Shown here in pieces: positions 51,801 to 64,000 of a stretch of DNA of 64,000 nt. The notes beneath the pieces are model-generated. The model was not told the origin of the DNA, made no database searches, and saw only the letters and a program-made list of their open reading frames with translations. Source of the stretch: Camelus dromedarius (taxonomy: Eukaryota); NCBI RefSeq assembly GCF_036321535.1, contig NC_087437.1, positions 29,390,001-29,454,000 of the forward strand, in the 5' to 3' direction. Position 1 is the first letter of the stretch; every line of letters begins with the position of its first letter. A program made the translations under genes and the position numbers.

Positions 51801-52540
51801 AATAAATGAGACTACATCAAACTAAAGCTTCTGCACAACAGAGAAAACTTTTAACAAAATGGAAAGTCCACCTACTGAATGGGAGAAGATATTGGTAAAT
51901 GATATATCCAATAAGGGGTTAATACCCAAAATATACAAAAACACTCATACAACTCAACATCAAAAAAACAAACAGATTGAAAAATCAGCAGAAGATCTGA
52001 ATAGACATTTTTCCAAAGAAGACAGAGATGGCTAACGGATAGGCACATGAAAAGATGCTAAACATCACTAATCAGGGAAATGCAAATTCAAACCACAATG
52101 AGATACCACCTTACATCTGTCAGAATGGCTATTATCAAAAAGACAACAAATAACAAGTGTTAGTGAGAATGTGAAGGAAAGAGAATCCTCACACTGTTGG
52201 TAGGAATGTAATTTGTGCAGCCACCATGGAAAACAATATGAAGGTTCCTCAAAAAATTAAAAATAGAACTACCATATGATCCAGCTATTCCAATCCTGGG
52301 TATTTAATCTGAAGAGAACAAAACATGAATTTGAAAAAGATACATGCACTCCTGTGTTCATTGCAGCATTATTTACAATAGCCAAGATATGGAAGCAATC
52401 AAAGTGCCCAACAACAGAATGGATAAGATGTGGTATATATACAATGGAATATTACTTGGCCATAAAAAGAATGAAATCTTACTATTTATGACAACATGGA
52501 TGGAGGTAAGAGTATTATGCTAAGTAAAATAGTCAGACAG
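45858..52540 (+). mobile_element. Near-full-length decayed L1 (repeat-rich 5' UTR, ORF1 ~47645-48490, ORF2 from 48935); 3' UTR and poly(A) missing
   Basis: 5' YY1-like caagatggtg at 45871; C-rich 5' UTR; ORF1 SADFSAETLQARK remnant; ORF2 EN, RT and C-terminal remnants. Ends abruptly at agtcagacag. Confidence 0.95.
47097..47142 (+). repeat. 16-bp tandem repeat (about 3 copies) in the L1 5' UTR
   Basis: ccccaggattcagcca ccccaggatccagcca ccccaggatccagc. Confidence 0.9.
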
Positions 52541-54489
52541 GGAGAAAGTTGGTCTTGACAGGCAGATTTAGGAATCCATGGCTGGAGACTAAGCAGTGAG
52601 AACAGGGCCTCAGTAGCAATTGTTGGCCAGAAACACCAGAGTCTAATAAATGATGACCATCACCATCAACACCCATGTCAGGGACTTCAAGGGGAAGACA
52701 GAAGATATGGACCTTCCCCTCTAGATCATTGTGGACATGAGTTCTTTACTCTGCAGAGCTCCCAGCCCCAGTGTGATGGCTAGCACTGCCTTCAGGACAA
52801 CATACATAAAGGTCACTAAATACACTAACAGTCTTGCAAGGTCACTCATCTGATGGAGGAAACAGTTCACCCACTACTTCACCCTCAGTCTGTCATCTTT
52901 ATATCTTACTTCACTGACCAAGGTATACACTGTGGTCAGCAAATTCCCTTGGACACCCCTGTGGATTCCACTCCCCATGAGTGAATCACTTCCTAGCTTC
53001 TGCCACTCCTCAGGCCTCAGAGTCCTTGGAAAACACCTCCTCAGGCCTGTGTGTGGCTGGCATGGCTCCCAGACCATCAATACACACATTAGTGACTGTA
53101 GGCTATGCTGGAGCCTTTGACTCCCCCTCTACTGTAACTTTTTATAGTAAATGATCTGGATTTTCATTTGAACCCCAAGAATCAAGGGCGTATAATTCTG
53201 TAGCTAATAAGAAATAAACCGTATATCCAATGATTGTTTCTTTTTGTTAAAAAATCTGATCCCTAGAGGGAAAGCTGCAACATCTGCGACGCCCAGAGCA
53301 AAGATCTGGGCTAGGATATAGGAAAGTGAGATGAGGCAGAGGTTGACAACTCAAGAATCATCCCACTCACTTATTCTCAAGGAGCCACTTGATTTGTTGT
53401 GATGAAAAGTTCTGTTTTTTTCTCCCAGAAATACTTTTTATTCATCATTTGCCAATCAGTGGGCTCTTCTCTCACTGAATGGCCTGAGATCAGCCCTCTC
53501 CAAGGAGGCTGGGATAAACCACAGGCTTCTTCACTAACTGCCTGCTGTACCAGCTTTCCTTCCGTCCAGGATGTGAAAAGAGGGGGAAGCTTATTCTGAG
53601 CCTGTTGAGCAGTGGGGACTGTCTCCACAGCAGAGACCCTAGGCGCTGCCCTGAGGTGCAAGGGCTTAACTGTGCTCTGCCTCTCTCTGCCCTACTTGGT
53701 TACAGAAAGATCCCCATTTTAGGAACTGTCAGACTTTGCAGTCCATTCTCCAGGCACGAGTACTCGCAAAGGGAGAATTCCTCATTTCCTCATTCCTCAC
53801 AGCACTTCACATTTAAGTGGATGCTCTTCTAGGTAGAAGTAAAAGTCATTTTGCCATTTTCCTTTTTTTTTTTAAGGAAAATTATTTCTGATAACAATAT
53901 TAGCAGTCCTTTCTTCTGTAGCTTCAAGCTCGTAGACCTATTCACACTTACCTTTGAATGGCTTTTTTGAATGCAGGCCTGGGCTCACTTCCTAAATGTC
54001 TGGTTCCTCTGAGCTTCAGAAATGATTTGCATAAATTAAGTATCAAACCAACTTTCTAAGACTTACAACACTTCCCATACTCACAATTCAGAAGCTAACC
54101 ACACATAATTGTAAATTATGGGCATCTAAAACAGATCATTATCTCTCCAGAATAAGTTCCTCTTGGGAAACTATTTTTACTCAAAAGATTCACTGGAGTG
54201 GATTTCCTCTAAAGAGAATGTGATTAACATCTTACTCTATTATTAACTCATTGTCTTTAACTCCAGCCTTGATTAAGCAGCAATGAAACTGAAGATTTAA
54301 TACATGTTACACCCATGTCAGAGATACTTACAACACAAAAGATGTTTTAAATTGTGAGGATGTATGTCAATACATCACTTTAAAGTTTCTAATCAGAAAT
54401 CAAAGAGAATCTTCCAATTGAACAAATTGTAGTCAAATATACCGACTACAATATTTATCAAACTTTCCTAAACAAGTAACTCAACAAGT

Positions 54490-55110
54490 TATGACTTCTA
54501 CTTCCCAGACAGAATAAAAACAGGGACCTGGTTTACCCTCCCACTTCAGTATTAAAAAGTTTCTAAGACATTTGACAGGAGGAAATGAAGCATAGTGAGC
54601 CCTGAGAGATGAAACGCAAACAATATGAACTAAAAGATTGTCCCAGCACTGCCACTGAGCAGAGAAGGGGAACCAAGTAGTCTGGTGCACTCCCTACTGC
54701 GGAGACAGCTCTGAGACTCAGAGGAGACCAAGGCAGCTCAAGTTTGCAGGACAGGATACCTAATAGGAGAGGGTGACATAAACAGGACTCCACAGATCTG
54801 CAGAGGGTTCTCCTCGAGTATTCAGTAGACAACTATCAGCACATACATATGAGGAAATGACTTGAAAGCAGAAGAATCTTCTGAAAGGATCAGAAGGAAG
54901 GAACAGTGACTGGTACCCACCCAGGGCTGAAACAGTGCCTGTTACTGCGGTCAGACTGGAAAAACCTCCATTTACAGGCAACCGTAGATTACTCAGAATG
55001 GTTTTGCTTCAATAACGGGGAATAACTAGCCCTTATCTAAGCACTGCTATAGTCTCATCTCATGAATCTTAAATGTAAGACCCAAGAAGATCAAACCTGG
55101 TAAGTAGTAT
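54490..55110 (+). mobile_element. Old L1 (L1MC/L1MD-type) 5' UTR fragment
   Basis: gacttctacttcc...cagggacctggtttaccctccca...cagagggttctcctcgagtattcag. Confidence 0.6.
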
Positions 55111-56079
55111 TTCATATAACAACAAATTCACACAGTACAGACTTATCACACCAAAAGATATGATAGTTCTCAAGAAGCTTTACAGTCCCATAGGGCACAG
55201 GAAGGGAGGCAGGTATCATCACGGAGCTATGTAGTGGGTCCAGTAAGACTGCACAGGTTGCAAGTGGTGCTTCCTGTGGAAGATGCTTCGGCAAGGGTTC
55301 TTCCAAGGGGGCCCTCACTTTCTCTCAAGCAGAGTAGGGCTTATTGAAAACATAGCTATAAAGTAGAAACAGAAGCAATCAGAAAACTACAAGGTCTCTT
55401 TCTTAGGGAGACTCTGTTTCTGCCCATAAGCCTTCTCTGCTCTCTTCCCTCTATGCACTGTTGTCCATGGGACTTCAACTTGCAAAGGACAAGAGGGCCA
55501 CTGCAATCCCAAGTAACCACAACCTGGCTGCACCTGTAGCTACAACTCAGGTGTCCCACCCCTTTGCCCAATCAGCTGTGGCAGCACAGTGGACACAGCC
55601 CTCCCCTTCCTCAGCTGCTGCATTTAGGGCAGAGTCACTTGGTACAGGGTGTGGGCAGGCAAGAACTCCCCACAAAGAAGGAGCTGAAAAGATGAGGAGA
55701 CGTCTGCCAAGTAGTGGGATGAGATGGAGAACATTCCATGGAGAGAAAACCAAAGAGATGTGAGAGCTCAACATCGAGCGCTTAGAAAATAAATCAGATT
55801 CTTTTGCTACGGAAAAAAACAGTTTTACTCAAGTCAGTTGCCCAACCCTGTCTGCCTATGGGGTCTCATCTTTGGCATGTTTTTCTTACAGAGACTGTCT
55901 GTTCAGAGATCCCCTGGCTTAGATAGATGCATTAACAGAAGGAGAGCATCCAGAACAAGTTTGTGCACCCTAGCTGGTCAGACCAGATCTGCAGAATTGT
56001 ACTGCATCTGGGAGGCACACTTAGTGGGCAGTTGGCAAAGTAGGCTAGATTGAGAGGAGTTGTAATGGGTTGTAAGAGT

Positions 56080-56400
56080 AAGAAAACCAATCTTGAAGAT
56101 TGATTGAAGAAATTAGAGATGTTTCACTTGAAAACAAAACAAAAAATATTAGCAGGAGGTTGGTTAACTGACAGCTGATTGAAAATGGCTGTCATGTAAA
56201 AAAAAGGGCAACATTGGATCTGATGATGATACTAGAAGTAAAGCTCACCCCATGGAATGGAAGTAATTGAAAGACAGATTTCAACTTAATATGAGGACAA
56301 AATACTAACAATTATAAAAGTACAACTTTTAAAAAGGAAATGAGACTTTTGTGATGCACAGAATGCCTCTTGGCAAAGACTGAAGGCCAGATCACAGCTA
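56080..56400 (+). mobile_element. L3/CR1 fragment
   Basis: ttgaagaaattagagatgtttcacttgaaaa...ggctgtcatgt...gacagatttcaacttaatatgagga. Confidence 0.6.
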
Positions 56401-57429
56401 TTATGCAATGTGATGACTGAAGGAAAAAAAAAAAAAGACAAACCCTGTAATTGCTTTTGCTTTTGTCACTGAGGTGATGCAAAGCCAGAGTTTCTAGGAT
56501 TGAAAAATACTGAGGAGTGAATTCAAAGAATCAACTTGAGTTCTTGTTAGTGTAAAACATAAAACTGACTTAAGTAAAATAAAGGTAATTGAAATTATTT
56601 TCTGGCCTCTTCCCGTACTATCCACAAAAAACAGTCAGAACTTTGACTGTAGAGAAAATTTAGTGATACAGAGAGCTAAAGACAATCAATCATTAAGTAT
56701 CTGTTATATTTTGCATCATGGCCCACAAGGTACAGCGAACAATTCAGTTTTAAATGACCCCAGTTCTGAAACAACAGCATCTTTTTTCTCTAGGACAAGG
56801 CAGATCCAGTAAGCTGGGAATGAAACAGGGAGCATCATTTACATTCTATCCAGTAAACTCCTCAAAGTTCACTAGAGAAGGGGACAACAGAGCATGAAGA
56901 CGGGGAACAGCAATGTATTCTGTGTGTTGGTATCTTCAAAGTTAGCTATGAAAACCAACCTCAACCACTTAGGAACCCATGTGACTTTTACTATATCAAC
57001 TCTGCACCGTCTCCCAGACTCTGAGGATGTGACACTCACACCAGAGCGCTGCATCCTATCACTATGGCTTACTGAGACTCACTCATTTAGATCTCTCTGT
57101 GCCTCAGTTTCCTCAGCTGTAAAATGGAAATAGAGTGGTACCCTCTTCACTGCATAACTAAGAATTAAAGTTTCCTGTATATGAAACACTGAACATTATT
57201 TCTCCCTCTTTACCATCCTAAACAACACTCTCCCTACCCCTCAAGTCCATGCCTCCCCACACTCACCCACAGCATCTTACCAACCCCCTCAATACTAGAG
57301 CTGAGAACACAGGAGCTAGCCTACATTCAAATTTGTTTCTTTTTCACTCAGTGAATCAGAGTTCTTTTCAGAATTACTCTTAAGTAGTTAAGAATTTGAA
57401 TTTCATAAGAATACCACAGAAGTAATACA

Positions 57430-58115
57430 TTTTTATATCAAACACTGCATGATATCAGTACATCTTAGTAGTAATATTAACCTCAATTAATTGAAGTTGC
57501 CATCTGTTTATCCATTTATCCATTACAAAGTTACTATTTTTCCTCTTTCTAATAAATAAATATCTTGAAGGAGGATCCCCTAGAACTATGTCATTACCCC
57601 GCATCTCCTCAAATCCATTAATGCTAGCATTAATTGGTACATGTTTCTTGCCATGACTGTATCTCACTGTTCTAATGGTGATTTTATATTCTTTCCATTC
57701 CTTCTAGATTTATTTATTGGAATTCCTCTATAAGGAGAGTTACCCCTTCTACTCTATTCAATGATTTGGTTCTATCAGTATGGACTCGTGGATATTTGTA
57801 TTATTCTACGGGTTATTATCTAACATAGTTATTCATTTTGTTTCTCAAATTATTCTGTATTTGGCCATTGGTCACTCTTCCAGGTTGGCTGCTATGCCTT
57901 TTCAACCTTCCTACATCTTTTTTTTTTTTTAAGCACTTCCGTTATATAAGTCAGAATAAATCAATTGTCAAGTCCCCCTGGTTGGTTTCATTGGAGAATG
58001 GTATTCAGAAGCCAAGATCTGGATGTAATATCCTCTTTCCTACTGGGGTGTCTTTAATTCTAGGCCTTTCAGTCTAGAGTGACCTGGAAAAGTTATACAT
58101 GTAAACTAACCCATG
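57430..58115 (-). mobile_element. Old L1 (L1MC4/L1MD-like) 3' region
   Basis: atcagtatggactcgtggatattt, ggagaatggtattcagaagccaagatctgg. Confidence 0.75.
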
Positions 58116-58489
58116 GTGTAGTTTCAAAATCTCAAACTCACCACCACCACCACCAAAACAAACAAACAAACAAAAAACTAAGATAGTGACACCTAAAACC
58201 CATGGACAATATATACAGCAAAATTAAGTAATAACATACCTCTCCACCACCCCACTCCCCACCCCTATTTTTTAAAAATATAGGGTTACACCACAAATAG
58301 TGACAAGACTGATGTGGGAATAAGCATCTGGTCAGAAGCAAACAGAGGGAAGGTACCAGGACACGTGGTGGCCCTCACAACAGAGGATACACAAAATTAC
58401 CAACAGGTAATCATGATAAAACACGGAGAATTAACCTGAAAACAGTTTACATATGTAACAAGGGGATTCCTAAAATAAAAGGAAATTAT

Positions 58490-59880
58490 TGATCATACAT
58501 GTGTATCCTACTGGAGGCATAACTATGCATAAATAACTTTTCCAAGTGACTTCAAATTACAGTATTTCCCTAGAGCTCTAGGGCATATAATCTAAGAACC
58601 AAAAAGAACTGAAAAAATATTACAGTTTTGAAAATTCTTTTGGTTGGTGGTAGTGCTGGTATTGTTATTCTAAGAATGTTGTATATGAATTGAAAGATAA
58701 AGGAAGTGAGTAATTGTTTTGAGAACTAGAATTTTCAATATTACTGAAAGAAAAATACAGATATAAGGTCAATGAGTTTATGTAAAAACTATGAATGATC
58801 CTGATTTTGAACTTAAATGCCTAGTACAAATGTATCATGCATTTTATGTGGAAAATATTTATTTCCTAGCTCTGCTGATGGAAAGAAAAACGGGAAACAA
58901 TGAGTGAGCCAACAGCAGGGAGTATACTTAGTACCCGGATTGCCATCACTGAATGAAGAGAATAGAACTCCTTGAAAACATCGGCTGATCCCAGGACTAG
59001 GAAGAGAAATTAAAAGATGACCCTGAAACTTCATGTCACGCCACAAAGTGAGGAAGTTATGAAAGGCTACTAGAGTCATAGGAGAAAAAAAGATCCCATT
59101 CAAGAACTAATTTTAACTAGCCTCTTACTGGCCAATGATGGGAAAATTGAAAAAACTGACACTATATAGAAAAACAAAGACCTCACTCGTCAACTTTGGA
59201 GGATAAGGAATAAAATGATTACTTCAAGATATGGTATATAAAAGAATCAAAAATTTAGACTGTCTTTCCTATGCCAACTAAACCTCAGGGCAACCAAGTA
59301 GTTGATGAAGGATAAAGTTTTACTTTATAGAAATATCCTAATAAAAAATAAATTATAGAACCAGAATATTTTACAGTTCCTAGTAAATTAATAGATCTAG
59401 GAATGATCATCAAGGGCTGCTAAAATCATGACAATTAGAGATAACCAGACATTGTGTATGTCTGATGAAAGTGTACTACCATATGTGAAGTAGAATTGCC
59501 ACCTCTGATAATGGAATTTTTATGTGACAGTATCTTATTAATCTAATTGTAATTTACAGAAAATACAGGGGAGATACTAACATGTTAAATGACATCATGA
59601 AGATACGATCAAAGCAACTATATAAGAAACGCTACAGGAAGAATGACAAAACAACAAGTAAGAGAATCTATAGATTGAGGTTTACAAAATATCAACCAAT
59701 TGCACTTATGGAACTTTATTCTAATTCAAAAAAATTTTTTTTTAATTTTAAGTAATTTGAAACCTTTCAACAGTGACCAGGATACTTGATGATATTAAGG
59801 ATTAATTTTGTATAAGTCATAATGTTTTTATGAAAAGAGTGCCAATTTTATAGAGACATATACTAAAATATGGATCTATA
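58490..59880 (+). mobile_element. Old L1 (L1MC3/L1MD-like) extended 3' region
   Basis: atttatttcctagctctg, aacctcagggcaaccaagtagttgatgaagg, atagatctaggaatgatcatcaagggctgctaaaa. Confidence 0.7.
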
Positions 59881-59989
59881 AACCTATAGGTCCATAAACT
59901 TAAGTCTGTAATCCTTAAAATAGGAAAATTACACTTCATTTTTTTAAAAAGTGGGTGCACTAAACAGTTAATTTAATTTTGTTGAAGAG

Positions 59990-62460
59990 ACATAAACTAG
60001 AAGAGTAATATGATGCATACATTTTAAATTTTAAAGATTCATAACAGTGAAAGAAATACTTTGTCATCAATTTTTGAAAAGACATTTTCAACAATTTGTT
60101 CTATTTAACTTCCCAAAACATACTGATAAAGAAGTAAAAAACCTAAATTGTTCTATTAGTTATCAGTAATGTTTTTAAATCAAAAGAAAACCACTCCCTT
60201 CAAAACACACACACACAAAATCCAGATGATTTTATAAGTGAGTAATAAATATACAAGAAACAAATATTAAGAACTTACGCAAACTTTTCCAGAGAATAGA
60301 AAAAGTGGGCCTTCTCCCCAGTTCTCTATATGAAGCTAATGTACTCTTGATACCGACACTAATCAAAGACAATATAAGAAGGAAAATTCTGAGCCATTTT
60401 TACTTATAAACATAGATGCAAAAACCTAACCAAATTATTGGCAAACTAATATTTTTTAAAAACCAAGTTTGGATTACTCAAGAAATAGATGTTTTAATAT
60501 TATAACATCTTCTAATTTAATCCACCTTATAAAAAAATCAAAGGAGTTTAGAATATATTAGTATCTCAAATGCTGAATTTTTCCACATGTTTTATGCAAT
60601 TATTTTATAATAGAAACTTAAGTAAACCTCACAAGAGAATCACTTAAGACAATGAAAGATATCTTGCAAAAAAAAAAATGCTGCAACATACAGCAGTCTT
60701 AATGGTAGAATAAAATAGTCCCTTCAAAACAAAATCAGGACATAGTCAAAGATGCCTGCTCGTTTCTATTAAAAGTTTCTATTAAAAGTCTATTAAAATA
60801 GACTCACAGACAGAGAATACAGACTTGTGGTTACCAGGGGGGTGGAGGGTGGGAAGGGATAGACTGGGATTTCAAAATTGTAGAATAGATTACACTGTAT
60901 AGCACAAAAAAAAAAAAAAAGTTGCCAGAATGGAAATAAGGTCATTATTTAACCTCAGATGACAGACTTGTTCACAGAAAAAAAGTCAAGAAAATCTATA
61001 GATATATTAGAGGTTTTTAAAGTGTTGATTGTAAAGTAGTATATATAGAAATGCAATTGATTTTTCTATATTTAAAATCACCAATGGCAGTTTAAAATCT
61101 ATTCTTTTATATGGAAATGTATGTGCACACATTTATACACTCATGTACCATATACGTATATACACAAAATTAAGGTGTGCAGACTTGCTCTGAGACACGT
61201 AATTTATCAAGTGTAATACTGACATAAAAGATAGATATATAGACAAAGAGAATGGAAACCCTGAAAAAAAAAAAAAAGCCATCCAGAGTAGAAGTCTGAG
61301 AGGTGACGGAAGTGGCCCTCCAGGTAGGGTGGGGAATGGACTATTCACTCAGTAAATGGTACTGGATTATGGGCTATCCACATGGAGAAAAACTGGATGC
61401 TTACCTCATACCCTACACAAAGTCAACTCTAAGTGTTTTAAGACAAATGTGAAAAGCAAAAATGAACTTTTAGAAGGCAATTGTGAATACCTTTATGATC
61501 GTGGGGCAGGGAAATACCTGGTAAATAAGAATCAAGAACTTGAACTATAAGGGAAAATAAATGAGACTACACAATTAACAAAGAGTTTGCAGAGTATACG
61601 AAGTCTACAAAATAGTTAACACCAGACAAACTAACCAATGTAAAACCAGAAAATAGAAAACAGGCATTTCAGAGAAAAGGAATCCCAAACAGCTTATAAA
61701 CACAGGTAAAAATATTCAATTTGACCAAAAAAACATAAATGCAAATTGAAGTCACACTAAAATATTTTACACCCATCAGAGAAGCAAGAATTGTCCAAGT
61801 GTGACAATATCAAGTGCTGTCACAGATGTGGAATAACTGCAATTTCTCCTCTCCTGAAGGAACAGAAGTTGGTAGTCATATGACCCAGCAATTTCCTTCC
61901 TAGGTATATATTCTTAAATATTCTCAAGTCTACACAAGAATACAGAGATAAAAGATGTTTATAGTAGCATTGTTTATATATATGTATATTTTAAATGGAG
62001 ACAACGTGTACATGAGAATAAATTATGATAAATTCATGCAATAAAATACTACCTAGACTAAAATGAATTGAACTAGACCTTACATAAACCATTATAAGTA
62101 CATGTTGGAAAAAATACAAAATATGTATTAGAACATGGACATGTAGCGATACGTAGTTTCCAAAAGGCAAAAATAGCAGCAGATATAACATCTGTAGATA
62201 TGTAAGAGATGATAACTAGATACACATACAGCAACATAAACACTAGAATAAGTACAAGCAAATGCAGGGAAAATAATACCCAATTCAGGCTAATGTTAAC
62301 ACAGGGAAGGAGGAGAGATTCAATCAGAGAAGAAGATACAGGAAGACTTCAACTCTAGTGGCAATTTTCTATTTTTTAATGTCAGAGTGGGACATTTGTA
62401 CTTATACGAATCTCTATATTTTGATGTCTTGATATTTTGCAAGTTTTAAAATAAAGTTTA
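59990..62460 (+). mobile_element. Ancient L1 ORF2/3' fragments
   Basis: ccagatgattttataagtgag, aaacatagatgcaaaa, cctcataccctacacaaagtcaactc, tatgacccagcaattt. Confidence 0.7.
60797..60920 (+). mobile_element. Short young L1 3' UTR piece with poly(A)
   Basis: agactcacagacagagaatacagacttgtggttaccagggg...actgtatagcac followed by an uninterrupted A run. Confidence 0.8.
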
Positions 62461-64000
62461 AACAGATGGAAAAAAAGGTATACCAAGCAAATTCTAACCA
62501 AAAGATGGCCCATATCACATTACTATCAGAAAAAAAATATCTTTTGACAAAGCCATTAATTGTATACAGTGGGTCATTTTTTAGTGTAGACACTTAGAAA
62601 CCTTCAACACACATGTACTGAACAGTGTATCTCCAAAATACATAGAGCAAAAACAGACTGGCTAAGAGAAACTGGTAACTCCTCTGATCACAGAGAAACA
62701 ATTTACATCCCTCTCTCAAACGGACAGATCAAAAAGACAAAATTGAGAGGTTGTGAACAGTAGAATTAACACACTTATTCTAATGACATGAGTGTGTGTG
62801 TAAAATACACATTTTCTACATACATTTTGCCAATGTAGTAACATAAAATAAACACATTTATATTAGGGCAAGAGTAATTTATAAGGTAGCTAAAAATAGC
62901 TCTAAATATTAACACCTATATGGAGAAAATGATAAAATTTTACTAAAAGACATAAAAATAACTAAGTAGAAAGATATAAAACATTGATGGGTGAGAAAAT
63001 ATTTTACACTATACTACTACAAAGGTGGCCATTCTCCTGAGTAAATCTTTGCTTTCAATGCAATTTCAATCAAAATATCAACTATATTTTTCATGCATCC
63101 CAATAATTTAAAATTCAGAGAAAAAAAAAAGGGGCACCAAATAGTAAAGACTACATTGGCATAAAAGAATGAAGAAAGTTGACTTACAGCACCTGAATTA
63201 ACTACTGGTTCATGGCTAGACAGAGACCAGTGAAACAGAACAGAGAGCCCCCAATGAGACTCATAGCAGTATAGAACTTGCTGTATGAGATTGCTGACAT
63301 TATAAATCAGTGCGTGAAAGGTGGAATGTTCTTCAATGCTGGGACAACATACATATGGGGGGGAAATATGTGTAGTGCAGGAATTTTACCGTACTTAAAT
63401 CAAAATTCAGGTCGATTCAAGACATAAAAAATTTAAAGTTCTGCTTTCCACATTTGTAAGTAAATATAATAGGATATTTTTATGGCCTCTCAGTAATGAA
63501 GGCTTTATTTAACAAGGCATAAAAAGCACATACAAACCATAAAGAGAAAGATTAATAAATATAAGCATACTACAATCTTTTAAAAATCCAATTTTGAAAG
63601 CCCACATAAACAGTTAAAAGAAAAGCTACACCACAGGTTGGGAAAAGACATCTGCAATACATATAACAAAAAAGACTCATGGCAACATAAGTAAAACTGC
63701 TACAGAACAAATAGAAAAACCCAACTTAAAAAAGACATTAACAGACAGACATTTATTGACAAAGAGATCCAAATAACTAAGAAACAAGAAAGATTTTCAT
63801 CACGTTGGGGGAAATTTTTATAAGCTGTTAGAGAACCATTTTATAGTTTATCAAATTGACAATCAAGAGTGAGAGTCTGACAATACCAAGTATGAATAAA
63901 TGTCTGAAAATGGGAACTTCCAAAATTTATGGGAGAAATGTAAACTCTATCACTACTTTAAAAGGCGATTTTTTCATTACTAATAAAAGATGTTCATTCA
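62460..64000 (+). mobile_element. Ancient L1 ORF2 fragments (endonuclease, then C-terminal half)
   Basis: gatggaaaaaaaggtataccaagcaaattctaaccaaaag, gaccagtgaaacagaacagagagccc, tctgacaataccaagt. Confidence 0.7.

Noticed and set aside
1..64000. CRISPR arrays, rRNA or prokaryotic operons
   Set aside because: None seen; the sequence is mammalian and repeat-rich.

Overview
AT-rich mammalian genomic DNA, almost certainly camelid (a Vic-1-type tRNA-derived SINE with target-site duplication lies at 21.0-21.2 kb). No intact protein-coding gene is supported. The window is dominated by transposable elements: a near-full-length decayed L1 (45.9-52.5 kb), a 5'-truncated L1 carrying a nested twin-primed younger L1 (5.2-11.8 kb), many L1 fragments, solo LTRs, MaLR LTRs, hAT and Tigger MITEs, MIR, L2 and L3/CR1. 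The most striking observation is at the left edge (1 to ~2.3 kb, possibly to ~3.5 kb). After removing an LTR and an old L1 fragment, the non-repetitive sequence reads as a heavily decayed reading frame whose motif order and spacing resemble the capping (PRNTase/CR-V) domain of a Mononegavirales L polymerase. This makes it a candidate ancient non-retroviral endogenous viral element. The call rests on manual motif reading and needs a profile search. Repeat family names come from recalled consensus sequences, and boundaries without a stated TSD are approximate.
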